NCBI RefSeq assembly: GCF_009914755.1
Contig: NC_060936.1
Direction: 5' to 3' (one strand)
DNA from: the human T2T-CHM13v2.0 reference genome, Homo sapiens
Length of the DNA: 64,000 nt
A model generated the notes under the pieces. The model had not been told where the DNA came from. It made no database searches and saw nothing but the letters and a program-made list of their open reading frames with translations. A program made the position numbers and the translations under genes. Within the stretch, counting starts at the first letter, position 1. Each line of letters opens with the position of its first letter. Below, in pieces: positions 23,637-38,401 of this stretch.

Positions 23637-26600
23637 ATTTTTTTCATATAACTATTTATTTAATTAAAAAATTTTATTTCCGTACGTTATTGGGGAACTG
23701 GTGGTGTTTGGTTACATGAGTAAGTTCTTTAGTGATGACGTGTGAGATTTTGGTGCACCCTTCACCTGAGCAGTATGCATTGCACACAGTTCGTAGTCTT
23801 TTATTCCTCACCCCCTTCCCACCCTTACCCACCGAGTCCCCAAAGTCCACTGTATCATTCTTATGGCTTTGCATCCTCATAGTTTAGCTCCCACTTCTGA
23901 GTGAGAACATACAATGCTTGGTTTTCCATTCCTGAGTTACTTCACTTACAATAATAGTCCCCAATCATCTAGGTCACTATGAATGCCATTAATTCATTCC
24001 TTTTTATGGCTGAGTAGTTTTCCATCATATATACCACAGTTTCTTTATCCACTCGTGGATTGATGGGCATTTGGGTTGGTTCCACGTTTTTGCTGTTGCG
24101 AATTGTGCTGCTATAAACATGCGTGCGCAAGTGTCTTTTTTGAATAATGACTTCTTTTCCTCTGGGTAGATACCCAGTAGTGGGATTGTTGGATCGAATG
24201 TTAGTTCTACTTTTAGTACTTTAAAAATACTCCACACTGTTTTCTATAGTTGTTATACTAGTTTACCTTCCCACCAGCAATGTGGAAGTGTTCCCTTTTC
24301 ACTGCATCCACACCAACATCTATTATTTTATAATTTTTTGATTATCGCCATTCTTTCAGGAGTAAGGTAGTATTGCACTGTGGTTTTGATTTGCCTTTCC
24401 CTGATCATTAGTGATGGTGAGCATTTTTTCATATGTTTGTTGGCTATTTGTATATCTTCTTTGGAGAACTGTCTATTCATGTTCTTAGCTCACTTTTTGA
24501 TGAGATTGTTTTTTTTTCTTGCTAATTTGAGTTCATTGTAGATTCTGGATATTAGTCCTTTGTCAGTTGCATAGATTGTGAAGATTTTCTCTCACTCTGG
24601 GTTTTCTGTTTACTCTGCTGACTGTTCCTTTTGCTGTGCAGAAGCTCTTTAGTTTTATTAAGTCTCAGTTATTAATTTTTGTTTTTATTGCATTTGCTTT
24701 TGGGTTCTTGGTCATGAAATCCTTGCCTAAGCCAATGTCTAGAAGGTCTTTTCCAATCTAGAATTTTTATAGTTTCAGGTCTTAGATTTAAGTTCTTGAT
24801 CCATTTTGAGTTGATTTTTGCATAAGCTGAGAGATGAGGATCCAGTTTCATTCTCCTATATGTGGCTTGCCAATTATCCCAGCACCATTTGTTGAATAGG
24901 GTTTCCTTTCCCCACTTTATGTTTTTGTTTGCTTTGTTGAAGATCAGTTGGCTATAAGTATTTGGGTTTATTTCTGGGTTCTCTATTCTGTTCCATTGGT
25001 CTATGTGCCTATTTTTATACCAGTACCAGGCTGTTTTGGTGAGTATGGCCTTATAGTATAGTTTGAAATCAGGTAATGTTTTGCCTCCAGATTTGTTAAT
25101 TTTGCTTAGTTTTGCTTTGGCTATGTGGGCTCTTTTTTTGGTTCCGTATGAATTTTAGGATTGTTTTTTCTAGTCTTTGAAGAATGACGGTTGTATTTTG
25201 GTGGGAATTGCATTGAATTTGTAGATTTCTTTTGACGGTATGGTCATTTTCACAACATTGATTCTACCCATCCATGAGCATGGGATGTGTTTCCATTTTT
25301 TGTGTCATCTATGATTTCTTTCAGCAGTGTTCTGTAGTTTTCCTTGTAGAGGGCTTTCACCTCCTTGATTAGGTATATTCCTAAGTATTTTATTTTATTT
25401 TTGCAGCTGTTGTAAAAGGGGGGGTGAGTTCTTGATTTGATTCTCAGCTTTGTCCATGTTGGTGTACAGAAGAGCTACTAATTTGTGAACATTAATTTTG
25501 TATCTGGAAACTTTGCTGAATTTTTAAAAATCAGTTCTAGGAGCTTTCTAGAGGAGTCTTTAGGGTTTTCTAGGTAAACAATCATATCATCAGCAAACAG
25601 TGAAGTTTGACTTACTCTTTATCTATTTGGATGCCCTTTATTTCTTTCTCTTGTTTGTTTACTCTGGCTAGGATTTCCAGTACTATGTTGAAGAGAAGTG
25701 GTGAGAGTGGGCATCCTTGTCTTGTTCCAGTTCTCAGAGGGAATACTTTCAGCTTTTCCCTATTCAGTATTATGTTGGCTGTGGGTTTGTCATAGATGGC
25801 TTTTATTACACTGAAGCATGTCCCTTGTATGCTGATTTTGCTGAGAGATTTAATCATAAAGGAATGCTAGATTTTGTCAAATGCCTTTTCTGCATCTATT
25901 GAGATAATCGTGATTTTTTGTTTTTAAATCTGTTTATTGACTTTCATATGTTAAACCATCCCTGTATTCCTGATATGAAACCCACTTGATCATGGTGGGT
26001 TATTTTTGATATGTTGTTGAATTCAGTTAGCTAGTATTTTGTTAAGGATTTTTGCATCTATGTTCACCAGGGATACTGGTGTGTAGTTTTCTTTTTTCAT
26101 TATGTCCTTTCCTGGCTTTGGTACTACGGTGATGCTGGCTTCGTAGAATGATTTTCTCTCTTTTGGAATAGTGTCAATAGGATTGGCACCAATACTTCTT
26201 TGAATGTCTGGTAGCATTCTGCTGTGTAACCATCTGGTCCTAGACTTTTTTTGGTTGGTAATTTTTTTTATTACCATTTCAATCTTATTGCTTGTTATTG
26301 GTCTGTGCAGGGTATCTAATTCTTCCTGATTTAAGCCAGAGGGTTGTATCTTTCCAGGAATTTATCCATCTCCTCTAGGTTTCCAAGTTTATGCAAATAA
26401 GGGTGTTCATAATAGCCTTGAATAGTCTTTTGTATTTCTGTGGTGTCAGTTGTAATATATCCTGTTTTGTTTCTAATTGAGTTTATTTGAGTTTTCCCTC
26501 TTTTTTTCTTGGTTCATATTGCTAATAGTCTATCAATTTTATTTATCTTTTCAAAGAAACAGCTTTTTGTTTCATTTATCTTTTGTATTTTTTTTCGGTT

Positions 26601-29093
26601 TCAATTTCATTTAGTTTGGCTCTGTTCCTGGTTATTTCCTTTTTTCTGCTGGGTTTGGGTTTGGTTTGTTCTTGTTTTTCTAGTTCCTTGAGGTGTGACC
26701 TTAGGTTGTCTGTGCTCTTTCAGACCTTTTGATGTAGGCATTTAGGGCTGTGAACTTTCCTCTTAGCACCACCTTTGCTGTAGCCCAGAGGTTTTGATAG
26801 GTTGTGTCACTATTGTCGTTCAGTTTGAAGGATTTTTTAATTTCCATCTTGATTTCGTTTCTGACCCAGTGATAATTCAGGAGCAGATTATTTAATTTCC
26901 ATGTACTTGCATGGTTTTGAAGGTTTCCTTTTGGAGTTGATTTTGAGTTTTATTCCACTGTGGTCTGAGAGAGTGCTTGATATAATTTCAATTTTCTTAA
27001 ATTTATTGAGGCTTATTTTGTGGCCTATCATATGGTCTATCTTGGAGAAAGTTCCATGTGCTGATGAGTAGAATGTATATTCTGTGGTTGTAGAATGTTC
27101 TGTAAATATCTGTTAAATACATTTGTTCCAGGGTATAGTTTAAATCCATTGTTTCTTTGTTGACTTTCTGTCTTGATGACTTGTCCAGTGCTGTCAGTGG
27201 AATATTGAAGTCCCCCATTATTATTGTGTTGCTGTCTATCTCATTTAGTAGGTCTATTAGTAATTGTTTTATAAATTTGGGATCTCCAGTGTTAGGTGCA
27301 TATATGTTTAGGACCGTGATATTTTCCTGTGGAACAAGGCCTTTTGTCATAATATAATGTCCCTGTTTGTCTTTTTGAACTGCTGTCACTTTAAAGTTTG
27401 TTTTGTCTCATCTAAGATTAGCTACTCCTGCTTGCTTTTGGTGTCTATTTGCGTGGAATGTCTTTTTCCACCACTTTATCTGAAGTTTATGTGAGTCCTT
27501 ATGTGTTTGGTGAGTCTCTTGAAGGCAGCAGATGGTTGGTGAATTCTTATCCATTCTGTAATTCTGTATCTTTTAAGTGGAGAATTTAGGCCATTTACAT
27601 TCAACATTAGTATTGAGATGTGAGGTACCATTCCATTCATCAGGCTATTTGTTACCTGTATACCTTTTTTTTCTTAAATTGTATTTTTGTTTTATAGGTT
27701 CTGTGAGATTTATGCTTTAAAGAGGTTCTGTTTTGATGTGTTTCCAAGATTTGTTTCAAGATTTAGAACTCCTTTTAGCAGTTCTTGTAGTGGTGGCTTG
27801 GTAGTGGCAAATCCTCTCAGCATTTGTTTGTCTGAAAAAGGCTGTATCTTTCCTTCATTTTTGAATCTTAGTTACACTGGATACAAAATTATTCACTGAT
27901 AATTGTTTTGTTTAAGGAGGCTGAAGATAGGGCCCCTATCCCTTCCAGCTTGTAGCGTTTCTGCTGAGACATCTGCTGTTAATCTGATAGGTTTTCCTTT
28001 ATAGGTTACCTGGTGCTTTTGTCTCACACCTGTTAGGATTCTTTCCTTAATCTTAACTTTAGATAACCTGATGATAATGTGCCTAGGCGATGATCTTTTT
28101 GTGATGAATTTCCCAGGTGTTCTTTGAGCTTCTTGTATTTGGATGTCTAGGTCTCTAGCAAGGACAGGGAAGCTTTCCTGAATTATTCCCCCAAATATGT
28201 TTTCCAAACCTTTAGATTTCTCTTCTTCCTCAGGAACACAGATTATTCTTAGGTTTGGTCATTTAACATAATCCCAGATTTCTTGGAGGCTTTGTTCATA
28301 TTTTCTTATTCTTTTTTCTTTGTCTTTGTTGTATTGGGTTAATTTGAAAACTTTATGTTCAAGCTCTGAAGTTCTTTCTTCTGCTTGTTCAATTCTATTG
28401 CTGAGACTTTCCAGAGCATTTTGCATTTTTATAAGTGCATCCATTGTTTCCTGAAGTTTTGATTTTTTAAAATTATATTATCTATTTTATTGAAAATTTC
28501 TCCCCTCATTTCTTGTATCTTTTTTTCACTTCCTTAAATTGGGCTTCACCTTTCTCTGGTGCTTCTCTGAATAGCTTAATAACTAACCTTCTGAATTCTT
28601 TTTCAGGTAAATCAGGTATTTCTTCTTGGTTTGGATCCATTGCTGGTGAGCTAGTGTGATTTTTTGGGGGTGTTAAAGAAACTTGTTTGTCATATTACCA
28701 GAGTTGGTTTTCTGGTTCCTTCTCATTTGGGTAGCCTCTGTCAGAGGGAAGGTCTAGGGCTGAAGGCTGTTGTTCAGTTTCCTTTGTCCCATGGGGTGTT
28801 CCCTTGATGTGATACTCTCCCCCTTTTCCTAGAGATGTGGCTTCCTGGGAGCTCAGCTGTGGTGCTTGTTGTCTCTCTTCTGGATCTAGCCACCCAGCAA
28901 GTCTACTAGGCTCCATGGTGGGACTGGAAGTTGTCTACACAGAGTCCTGTGATATGAACCATTTATGGGTCTCTAAGCCTTGGATACTAGCACCTGCTAT
29001 GGTGGAAGTGGCAGGGGGTGAAATGGACTCTGTGAGTGTTCTTGGCTTTGATCGTTTAATTCACTATTTTTGTGCAGGTTGGCCTCCTGCCAG

Positions 29094-30600
29094 TGAGAGG
29101 TGACAGAGTGCTGGCAGCCCTTGCAGCCCTCACTCACTCTCGGCGCCTCCTCAGCCTTGGTGCCCACTCTGGCCGCACTTGAGGAGCCCTTCAGCCCACC
29201 GCTGCATTGTGGGAACCCTTTTCTGGGCTGGCCAAGGCCAGAGCCAGCTCCCTCAGCTTGCGGGGAGGTGTGGAGGCAGAGGCGCAGGTGAGATCTGGGG
29301 CTGCGCGCAGCACTTGCAGGCCAGCGCGAGTTCCGGGTGGGCATGGGCTTGGCCGGCCCCGCACTCGGAGCAGCCGGACGGCCCACAAGCCCGGGGCAGT
29401 GAGGGGCTTAGCACCTGGGCCAGCAGCTGCTGTGCTCGATTTCTCACTGGGCCTTAGCTGCCTCCCTGCAGGGCAGGGCTTGGGACCTGCAGCCCGCCAT
29501 GCCTGAATCTCCCTGCCCTCCACCTTGGGCTCCTGCATTGCCTGAGCCTCCCAGATGAGCGCTGCCCCCTGCTCCATGGTGCCCGGTCTCATCGACCGCC
29601 CAAGGGCTGAGGAGTGTGGGCGCACGGCACAGGACTGGCAGGCAGCTCCACCTGCGGCCGGGGCAAGATCCACTGGGTGAAGCCAGCTGGGCTCCTGAGT
29701 CTAGTGTGAACTTGGAGAAACTTTATGTCTAGCTAAGGGATTGTAAATACACCAATCAGCACTCTGTATCTAGCTCAAGGTTTGTAAACACACCAATCAG
29801 CACCCTGTGTGTCTAGCTAAGGGTGTGTGGATGCACCAATCGGCACTCTGTGTCTAGCTAATCTGGTGGGGACTTGGAGAATCTTTGTGTCTAGCTAAGG
29901 GATTGTGAATGCACCAATTGGCACTCTGTATCTAGCTCAAGGTTTGTAAATGCACCAATCAGCACTCTGTGTCTAGCTCAGGGTTTGTAAATATACCAAT
30001 CGACACTCTGTATCTAGCTAATCTAGTGGGGATATGGAGAACTTTTGTGTCTAGCTCAGGGATTGTAAATGCACCATTCAGCACCCTGTCAAAATGGACC
30101 AATTGGCACTCTGTAAAATGGACCAATCAGCAGGATGTGGGTGGGGCCAGATAAGAGAATAAAAGCAGGCTGCCCGAGCCAGCAGTGGCAACCTGCTGGG
30201 GTCCCCTTCCACACTGTGGAAGCTTTGTTCTTTTGCTGTTTGCAATAAATCTTGCTGCTGCTCACTCTTTGGGTCCATACTGCCTTTATGAGCTGTAACA
30301 CTCTCCAGGAAGCTCTGCAGCTTCACTCCTGAAACCAGCGAGACCACGAACCCACTGGGAGGAAGGAACAACTCCAGAAGCGCCACCTTAAGAGCTGTAA
30401 CACTCACCGCGAAGGTCTGCAGCTTCACTCCTGAGCCAGCGAGACCACAAACCCATCAGAAGGAAGAAACTCTGAACACATCCGAACATCAGAAGGAACA
30501 AACTCCGGACATGCTGCCTTTAACTGTAGCACTCACCGCAAGGGTCTGTGGCTTCATTCTTGAAGTCAGTGAGACCAAGAACCCACCAATTCCAGACACA
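29094..30600 (+). mobile_element. LTR12 (LTR12C-like) solo LTR, ERV9
   Basis: Starts tgagaggtgacagagtgctggcagccc, ends ccaattccagacaca; GC-rich U3; tandem ccaatc/tctagct enhancer repeats. Confidence 0.95.
29720..30170 (+). promoter_or_regulatory. LTR12 tandem CCAAT (NF-Y type) enhancer/promoter array
   Basis: Eight CCAAT boxes between 29751 and 30130, followed by gataa and an aataaaa TATA-like box near 30150-30165. Confidence 0.75.
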
Positions 30601-31677
30601 GTGGGAGGTGGCACTTTCAAGAGAGCATCAGCTGTGGTAGTATGGGGAGAAACAGGTGGTGGCCAGGACCCTAGAACTCCTAAGAGTGTATGCCCTTTGT
30701 CTTCAGCTACCAGGATGGGTAGGGAAGGACCATTAGGTGGGAGGGCAGGGCTAGGCATGTCTGAGCTTAGACTCTCCTCTGGTGGGTCTTGCTGCAGCTG
30801 CTGTGGGGGATACAGGTGTGGTTCCCAGGTCAATGGAGTTATGTTCCTAGGAGGATTGTGGGCACCTCTACTGTGTCATGCAGGTTGTCAGGGAAGTGGG
30901 GGAAAGCCAACAGTAATAGGTCTCACCCAGCTTCCATGCAACCCAAAGGGCCAGTCTCACTCCCATTGTGTCCCTTCCAACAGCACCAAGTCTGTTTCCA
31001 GGCAGTGGGTGAGCAGGGCTGAGAACTTGCCCCAGGCTACCCACCCCCCAGCTGCGAAAGCAAGTAGGGCTTTCATGCTTCCCTTGCCTGTGGAGTCTGC
31101 ACACCAGATTCACACCCTCCCCTGAATTCTGGCCAGGAAACTTCTAGATTTGTTCAAATTGTTACAAAGTTCAGCTGGAGGTTTCCTTCTCCCTGTGGCC
31201 TTTCCCTAGTGCCTCTGGCCACCCTCCCCAAGCACCTCCATGAGGCAAGGCAGAAATGGCTTGCTAGGGGACATAGTGAGCCCATAGGGCTTTTCCTGCT
31301 GTTTCCTCTACCCCTGTATTTTGCTTAGCTCTCTAAATGGACTTAGCTCCAGGTAAGGCCAGAATCTTCTCCCGTGATCTAGACCTTCAGGTTCCCCAGT
31401 GAGGGTGAGTGTTTGGGGGTGGACGATCCACCTTTCCCACTTCCACAGTTTGGGCACTCACAGTATTTGGGGTGTCTCCCAGGTCCTTCAGGAGCAATCT
31501 GCTTCCTTCAGAGGAATTCTGTGGATTCTCTTGGCTTCCCTGGTTTATTTCTGCAGTTGTTCTGGAGCAAAAGTTCATGACGTGAGCCTCCACATGCTGC
31601 TCTGTCCATCTGAGTGGGAGCTGCAATCTAGTCCTGCCTCCCGTTTGTTATGATCTCTCATGTAACTCAAGATCTTT

Positions 31678-31848
31678 GGTTTTAAAAGAACATAATGCTA
31701 TTGCAGACTTAGCAGAGTACAGGATAGTATAAACATAACTTTTATGTGCACTAGAAAACCAACAAGTTTGTGTGACTTACTTTTTTGTGATATTTGCTTT
31801 ATTGTGGTGGTCTGGAATTGAACCTGCACTATCTCTGAGTCATTCCTG
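31678..31848 (+). mobile_element. Tigger1 3' terminus
   Basis: aacataacttttatgtgcactag...tgctttattgtggtggtctggaattgaacc...tatctctgagtcattcctg followed by TA. Confidence 0.88.
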
Positions 31849-32069
31849 TATTGAAATGATTTTTGGGGGGCTAAGAATTCTAGTTTGACAGTTCTTTTTA
31901 GTACTTTGAAAATGTGATCCATTTTTTTTCACTTGCATTATTTTTGAAGAGAAATTGACTCAAATTCTTATCTTGTTACAATGTGTCTTGTTGCTTGCTG
32001 TTTTAAGATTTTCTCTCTGTCATTTGTTTTGAGCAATTCTATTATAATGTTCTTTTATTTTTAAGAAAA

Positions 32070-32526
32070 TTTATTGTTATTTTAAGTTCTGGGGTACATG
32101 TGCAGGATGTGCATGTTTGTTACACAGGTAAACGTGTGCCATCGTGGTTTGCTGCGCCTGTCAACCCATCACCTAGGTATTAAGGCCAGCATGCATTAGC
32201 TATTTATCCTGATGCTCGCCCTTCCCCCACCCCACCTCCTGACAGGCCCCAGTGTGTGTTGTTCCCCTCCCTGTGTCCATGTGTTCTTATTGCTCAGCTT
32301 CCACTTATAAGTGAGAACATGTGGTATTTGGTATTTTGTTCCTGTGTTAGTTTGCTGAGGATAACAGCTTCCAGCTCCATCCATGTCCCTGCAGAAAACA
32401 TGATCTTGTTCCTTTTTATGGCTGCATAGTATTCCATGGTGTGTATGTACCACATTTTCTTTATCCAGTCTGTCATTGATGGGCATTTGGGTTGATTCCA
32501 TGAGGGCATTTGGGTTGAATCCATGA
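32070..32526 (-). mobile_element. 5'-truncated L1PA (PA13-15-like) 3' end
   Basis: Minus-strand ORF2 C-terminus [29 protein letters not shown] plus 3' UTR. Confidence 0.88.
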
Positions 32527-33371
32527 TGATCTGGCCCTACCTATAATTTCCATGCTCATCACCTTTGTTTTATGCTTCAGTCCTGTTGTATTCCTTTCAG
32601 CTCTTTGAAATCACCGCACTTAACTCTCTTAACTCCATGTTCTTTCTTGACTCTGTTCCTTCTACCCAGAACACTACATCTCATGTCCTCCAATGTATGC
32701 TGCTTTGTGCTTTTGCTATGCCCTGTGATAGGGCCTATGTGTTTCCACTTTATTTTATTTTTTTGTGACCCAGCACAGGACCTTCAGCATAGTAGGTATT
32801 AAATAATTATACTCTAAATATTAAATAAGAACTAATGGGAAGATAAAGAACCAATATTCTATTCAACGAAGTTTTTACCCTAAGATCTTGCAATTCTATC
32901 AGGGATGGTAAATACAGACTCAACTATATTACAAGGCTGCATGCAGGAAGCTAAGTGCTATAGAAGAGAAGAAAAGTACTGTAAGGGTTTAAAGGAAGGA
33001 AAAACCACAACCCACAAGAGATATTAGAAATGGCATAACGCAGAAAATGATGTTTGAAGTGGGCATTAAAAGAAGGGAAGGATAAAGTTTCAACACATAG
33101 GGATGAGAGTGAGAAGGCCTGGATCATGTCAGGAAATGTGAAATATTTTTTCTTTTTTTAAATTGGACTGAAGAGTATGGATAGGGCACATATAGAGAAT
33201 GAGGTCAGAGAAAATAGCTAAGGTCACATCTTGGAGGGCCTTAAGACTGAGCTGAGGAAAGCATATTCAACTAAGTTACCAAATAAATCACTTATGGTTT
33301 TTGAGCATGCCAAGCATTGGTTCATTCTTCAGTCTTGGTTTCTATCAATTTGTTTATTTTGTTTAAAAACA

Positions 33372-33598
33372 ATTTTAACTTTTATTTTAGGCACAGGAGT
33401 ACATGTGCAGGTTTGTTGTATAGATAAATTGAGTGTCATGGGGGTTTGGTGTACAGATTGTTTTACCACCAAGGTAATAGGCATAGTACCCGAAGGTAGT
33501 TTTTCGATCCTCACTTTCCTCCCTCTACCCTCAAGTAGACCCTCGTGTTTGTTGTTTCCTTCTTTGTGTCCATATGTATTCAGTGTTTAGCTGCCACT
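33372..33598 (-). mobile_element. L1PA16/L1PB-like 3' UTR fragment
   Basis: acatgtgcaggtttgttg...ggggtttggtgtacagattgttttaccacc. Confidence 0.75.
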
Positions 33599-33627
33599 TT
33601 GTTTCTATCACCTTTAATACACATCAG

Positions 33628-33933
33628 AGTCAAGTGCAGTGGCTCACTCCTATAATCCCAGCACTTTGGGAGGCTGAGGTGGGTGGATCACTTAGGTCAG
33701 GAGTTGGAGACCAGATTGGCCAACATGGTGAAATCCCATCTCTACTAAAAATACAAAAATTAGGTGGGCATGGTGGTATGTGACTGTAGTCCCAGCTACT
33801 AGGGAGGCTGAGGCAGGAGAATCGCTTGAACTCAGGAGTGGAGGTTGCAGTGAGTCGAGCTCATGCCACTACACTCCAGTCAGGGCGACAGAGCGAGACT
33901 CTGTCTCAAAACAAACAAACAGACAAACAAAAA
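33628..33933 (+). mobile_element. Alu (S-type) with (AAAC)n tail
   Basis: Both arms present; TSD-like acacatcaga/acatatcaga. Confidence 0.93.
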
Positions 33934-34331
33934 ACATATCAGATAGTTTTTAAAAGAAAGACTTATAATAGATAGTGATTTGTGTTCTAATAGTACCTTA
34001 CATCTTTAACCCCCATTCTTGCTTTTCCATTCCTTCCCTAATAAGGACAAAATAATGGAGTATAATCTGTAAACTTTTGACTTTTGTGGTTGCAGCCTTA
34101 GGCTTGGTCTATAAAATAACCATACATTTATTTTAAAACAACTCATCAGCTACTTTTTATGTGTAGATAAAATAATTCTTTGAAAAATTTATTTCAATGG
34201 ACAAAAATTGCACATATTTATTGTGTACATGATGTTTTGAAATATGTATACAGTGTGAAATGGTTCAGTTGGGCTAATTGACATATGTACTACCTCACAT
34301 ATTTATCATTTTTTTGTGGGTAGAATACTTA

Positions 34332-34703
<372 letters not shown>

Positions 34704-36933
34704 TTAACCCATGTTGTACAATAGATCTCTTGAACTTATTCCCCCATCTAACTGAAATTTTGTGTCCTTTAACCAACTAGATGAAATAATTCTTAACACT
34801 TTATTAGGTAAAGTAATTTGTTGAATATTTTAAGCCCTTTTGATGGTATCATTTAGACCAATCTACTGTTTAAATTTCAATACGGTAACTATATTTTTAA
34901 AAAAATTCTTTAAATGAGTATAAAATAAAAATTTAGAGCTTAAAGAGCTCCCAATAAAAGAGAATGATTATATAATTATTATATGTACACACAAGGGCAT
35001 ATTTGACAACAAATAAATTAATGTTTTGAAAGAGTTTGTAATAACATAAAAAATTCTTATTATATATTTTGTTGAATAAACAACAACAAAAAGGACAGAC
35101 ATCATTTATACAGTATGATCAGAAATAAGCAAAGCATGTACTGAAAGGAAATTCACCAAATTGGTAAAGGCAGTTTGTCTTTGTGTTGTGAGTTCTTTTT
35201 TCTTGCACTGCCCTAATTTTAAAATTCTGATCATACATACTTAATTTGTGTTAGATATAATATTAAAATAATAATAATAGCCAGAATTAACTTTTTTCTC
35301 TCCATATAGTCTTGACACTCTTTACTTTTCTTATCTCTTTCATCCATGTTTTCCCTGAAATCAGCTCAGATTATGAATGGCAGTACATTTTAGAAAATGA
35401 CAGCTTGTCCTCAGTTTTTGCTAATAATTTTTTGTTTGCATAGAACTTTAATTTATGCCAGAGGGTGAGATCATGATGAAAACTTTTTGCTATTAAAAAC
35501 ATTTCTAGTATATTTAGACATGTTGGATAGTGTTTTTTGAGCTTTAGAGATTAAGAAAAATATGTCTGATACATACATATTGTTGGTACCAATTATATGA
35601 CAGTACCATATTAGTCATCAAGAATTTGTAAATATGACCAAAGCACGGTGCTTGGTCCTAAGGGAATTATATTTATACACTATATGCAGACATGTTAGCA
35701 ATAGTATTTTGTCAAGGAGAATAAAGTAATTGCCATCAGAAATATAAAAACAATACATTCCAACAGTTTGGGGGAGATGACTGATGTTAAATGAATACTT
35801 ATACTGTCTCTGACACTGGTAGATGTTCTCACAACCATATGTGTGCCAATTTTATTTTGAGGTTAATAGATATTAAGTAAAATATCCAAGCTTACATATG
35901 TAGTATTTGAAATTAGGATTGAAATTCAGGGCTATCTGACTGGTTCCATCATAAGATTGTAGGAGTAGTAGAGGGCTTCCAAGACAAGGTGATATTTTAA
36001 CTGGACTTTAGTAGTACAATATAATTTTGATGCGTAGAAAAGAGCTCAAGAGAATTTCCAGGTTGAGAGAATTTATATCCTTGGTATCTCTTTCACGTCT
36101 TCAGGTTTCTATTCTTCATTCCAGCATCCTGTACTTTGGTTACGATCTATATTTTAGGATGGCAAAAGTATACACATGATATCCTAGAATTTTTTTCTTT
36201 GAGTGAGTCCAGCCCTTTCAGGTTTTTTTTTTCTCTATTGATTAACCTGATCCTTATAAAACCCTGTGAGTGAAAATAAGCTAATATGAGAAAAATAAAA
36301 TTTTATGTGATAGCATTTTCAAATATTTTTGGGTAGGGCTATACTCCAAATTTACATTACTGTGGCCTCATATTTTTATTGCTAACAATATTCTATATAA
36401 TATATGTTAGATTGGGGTCACAATGAATTAACTTTAAGATATCACAGAAATATAAATCTTTCTATGCAAACAGCTAGAGCAGCCTAAGAATTTTGATTGT
36501 ATGGTAGCCATCTCTTCAGTCTTTGAAGATTATGGCATCAATAAAAATTGTATATAAAGCCATGAAAAATGGCTCTTTGGAGATATGTCCTTTGCCAAAA
36601 ATCAATTTTGCCCAGCAGAATGTCTCTAACTGTGATCATAAAAGATAAAATCTTAGGGTGGGGAGGGAACTTAGCAGGTCATCTATTCTACTAACCTGTC
36701 TCCTGATAGGGCCACCCCTAATCCTGTTTTAAAATATGATATTGTTTTGTTTTTTAAGATCCCCAGGAAAATAGAGAATATGATTTTTTTTTTTGGGTGC
36801 CCAATGAATGTTGAACTGTCTGCTAGGTAGGAAAACTTCTCATTTTAGTTTATATTGTCCCTTGTTTCTTAGCAGATATTGAGTATTTATCCTGGCTTTC
36901 TTTCCCCTCCTCTCACTCTTACCCCTTAGATGC

Positions 36934-37293
36934 TGTTATGGATGAAATGTTTGTGACCTCCTCAAATATATATGTTGAAATCCTAACCCCCAATGAGATG
37001 ATACTAGAAGGTGTGGCTTTTGGGAGGTAATTAAGAAGGTGGAGCCACTATGAATGAGATTAGTGCCCTTATAAAAGGGACCCCAGAGAGTTCTCTAGCT
37101 CTCTCTCCTCCAAGTGAGGATACAGTGAAAAGTCAGGGCAGCCTGCAGCCTGGAAGAGGGTCCTCACCAGACCTGCACCTGCTCACACCCAGTCTCAGAC
37201 CTCCAGCTTCCAGAACTGTGGAAAATAAATTTCTGTTGCTTAAGCCTCCCAGACTATGGGGATTTATTGTAGCAGCTTGAGGTGACTAAGACA
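36934..37293 (+). mobile_element. MLT1A-type MaLR solo LTR
   Basis: tgttatggatgaaatgtttgtg...gattagtgcccttataaaa...gactaagaca; perfect 5-bp TSD gatgc. Confidence 0.88.
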
Positions 37294-37337
37294 GATGCCC
37301 TTGACATCTTTGAAGAAGATTGTAAAAGTCATCCCTA

Positions 37338-37757
<420 letters not shown>

Positions 37758-37817
37758 TTATGAAAAATTTTCAAATTTCATGTCACTCATTAGCTATGAC
37801 ACCCAGAAAAATGTATA

Positions 37818-38401
37818 CAGTAGTCCCTCTCCTTATCTGAGGTTTTACTTTCTACAGCTTTAGTTACTTGCAGTCAACTATTGTCTGAATATGTTAAATG
37901 GGAAATTCCAGAAATAAACAATTCATAATTTATAAATCATGCTATGTTCTGAGTAGGGTGATGAAATCTCACCCCGTCCCACTTTGTCCCTCCCAGGATG
38001 TGAGTCCTCCCTTTGTCCAGCATCTGCACGCTGTCTATGCTCCACCCACCCTGTAAATTGCTTAGTAGCCATCTGGTTTATCAGAGCACCTGTTGCTGTA
38101 TTGCAGTGCTTGTGTCAAGGAACCCTGATCTGATGGGGTAACGACCCCAAAGCACAAAAGTAATGATGCTGAGAATGTAGATACACCAAAGAGAAGCCAT
38201 TGAGTGTTAACTTTAAGTGAGAAGGTGAAAGTTCTCAAGAAGGAAAGACAAAAAAAATCATATGCTGTGGTTGCTAAGGTCTATGGTAAAAACAAATCTA
38301 TCCATGAAATTGCAAAGAAGGAAAAATATACTCATGCTAGTTTTGCTGTTGTACTTCAAATTGCAAAATTATGGCCACAGTGTGTGATAAGTGCTTAGTT
38401 A
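37818..38401 (+). mobile_element. MER44/Tigger7 DNA transposon fragment
   Basis: TA followed by TIR cagtagtccc..ccttatc; ORF 38204 LTLSEKVKVL...SYAVVAKVYGKN is a Tigger HTH remnant. Confidence 0.82.

Larger units (their letters stand above)
23637..31660 (-). mobile_element. Full-length decayed L1PB1-type element, interrupted by LTR12 in its 5' UTR
   Basis: 5' UTR, ORF1 (~28725-27710), ORF2 from ATG ~27640 and PB1-type 3' UTR; TSD tgtaaattaagatcttt (23620-23636) / tgtaactcaagatcttt (31661-31677). Confidence 0.92.

Noticed and set aside
29720-30130. Regularly spaced ~40-bp repeats resembling a CRISPR array
   Set aside because: These are the standard LTR12 U3 enhancer repeats: no unique spacers, no cas genes, eukaryotic context.
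28695-31653. Numerous 60-204 aa ORFs
   Set aside because: They arise from GC-rich LTR12 and L1PB 5' UTR sequence.
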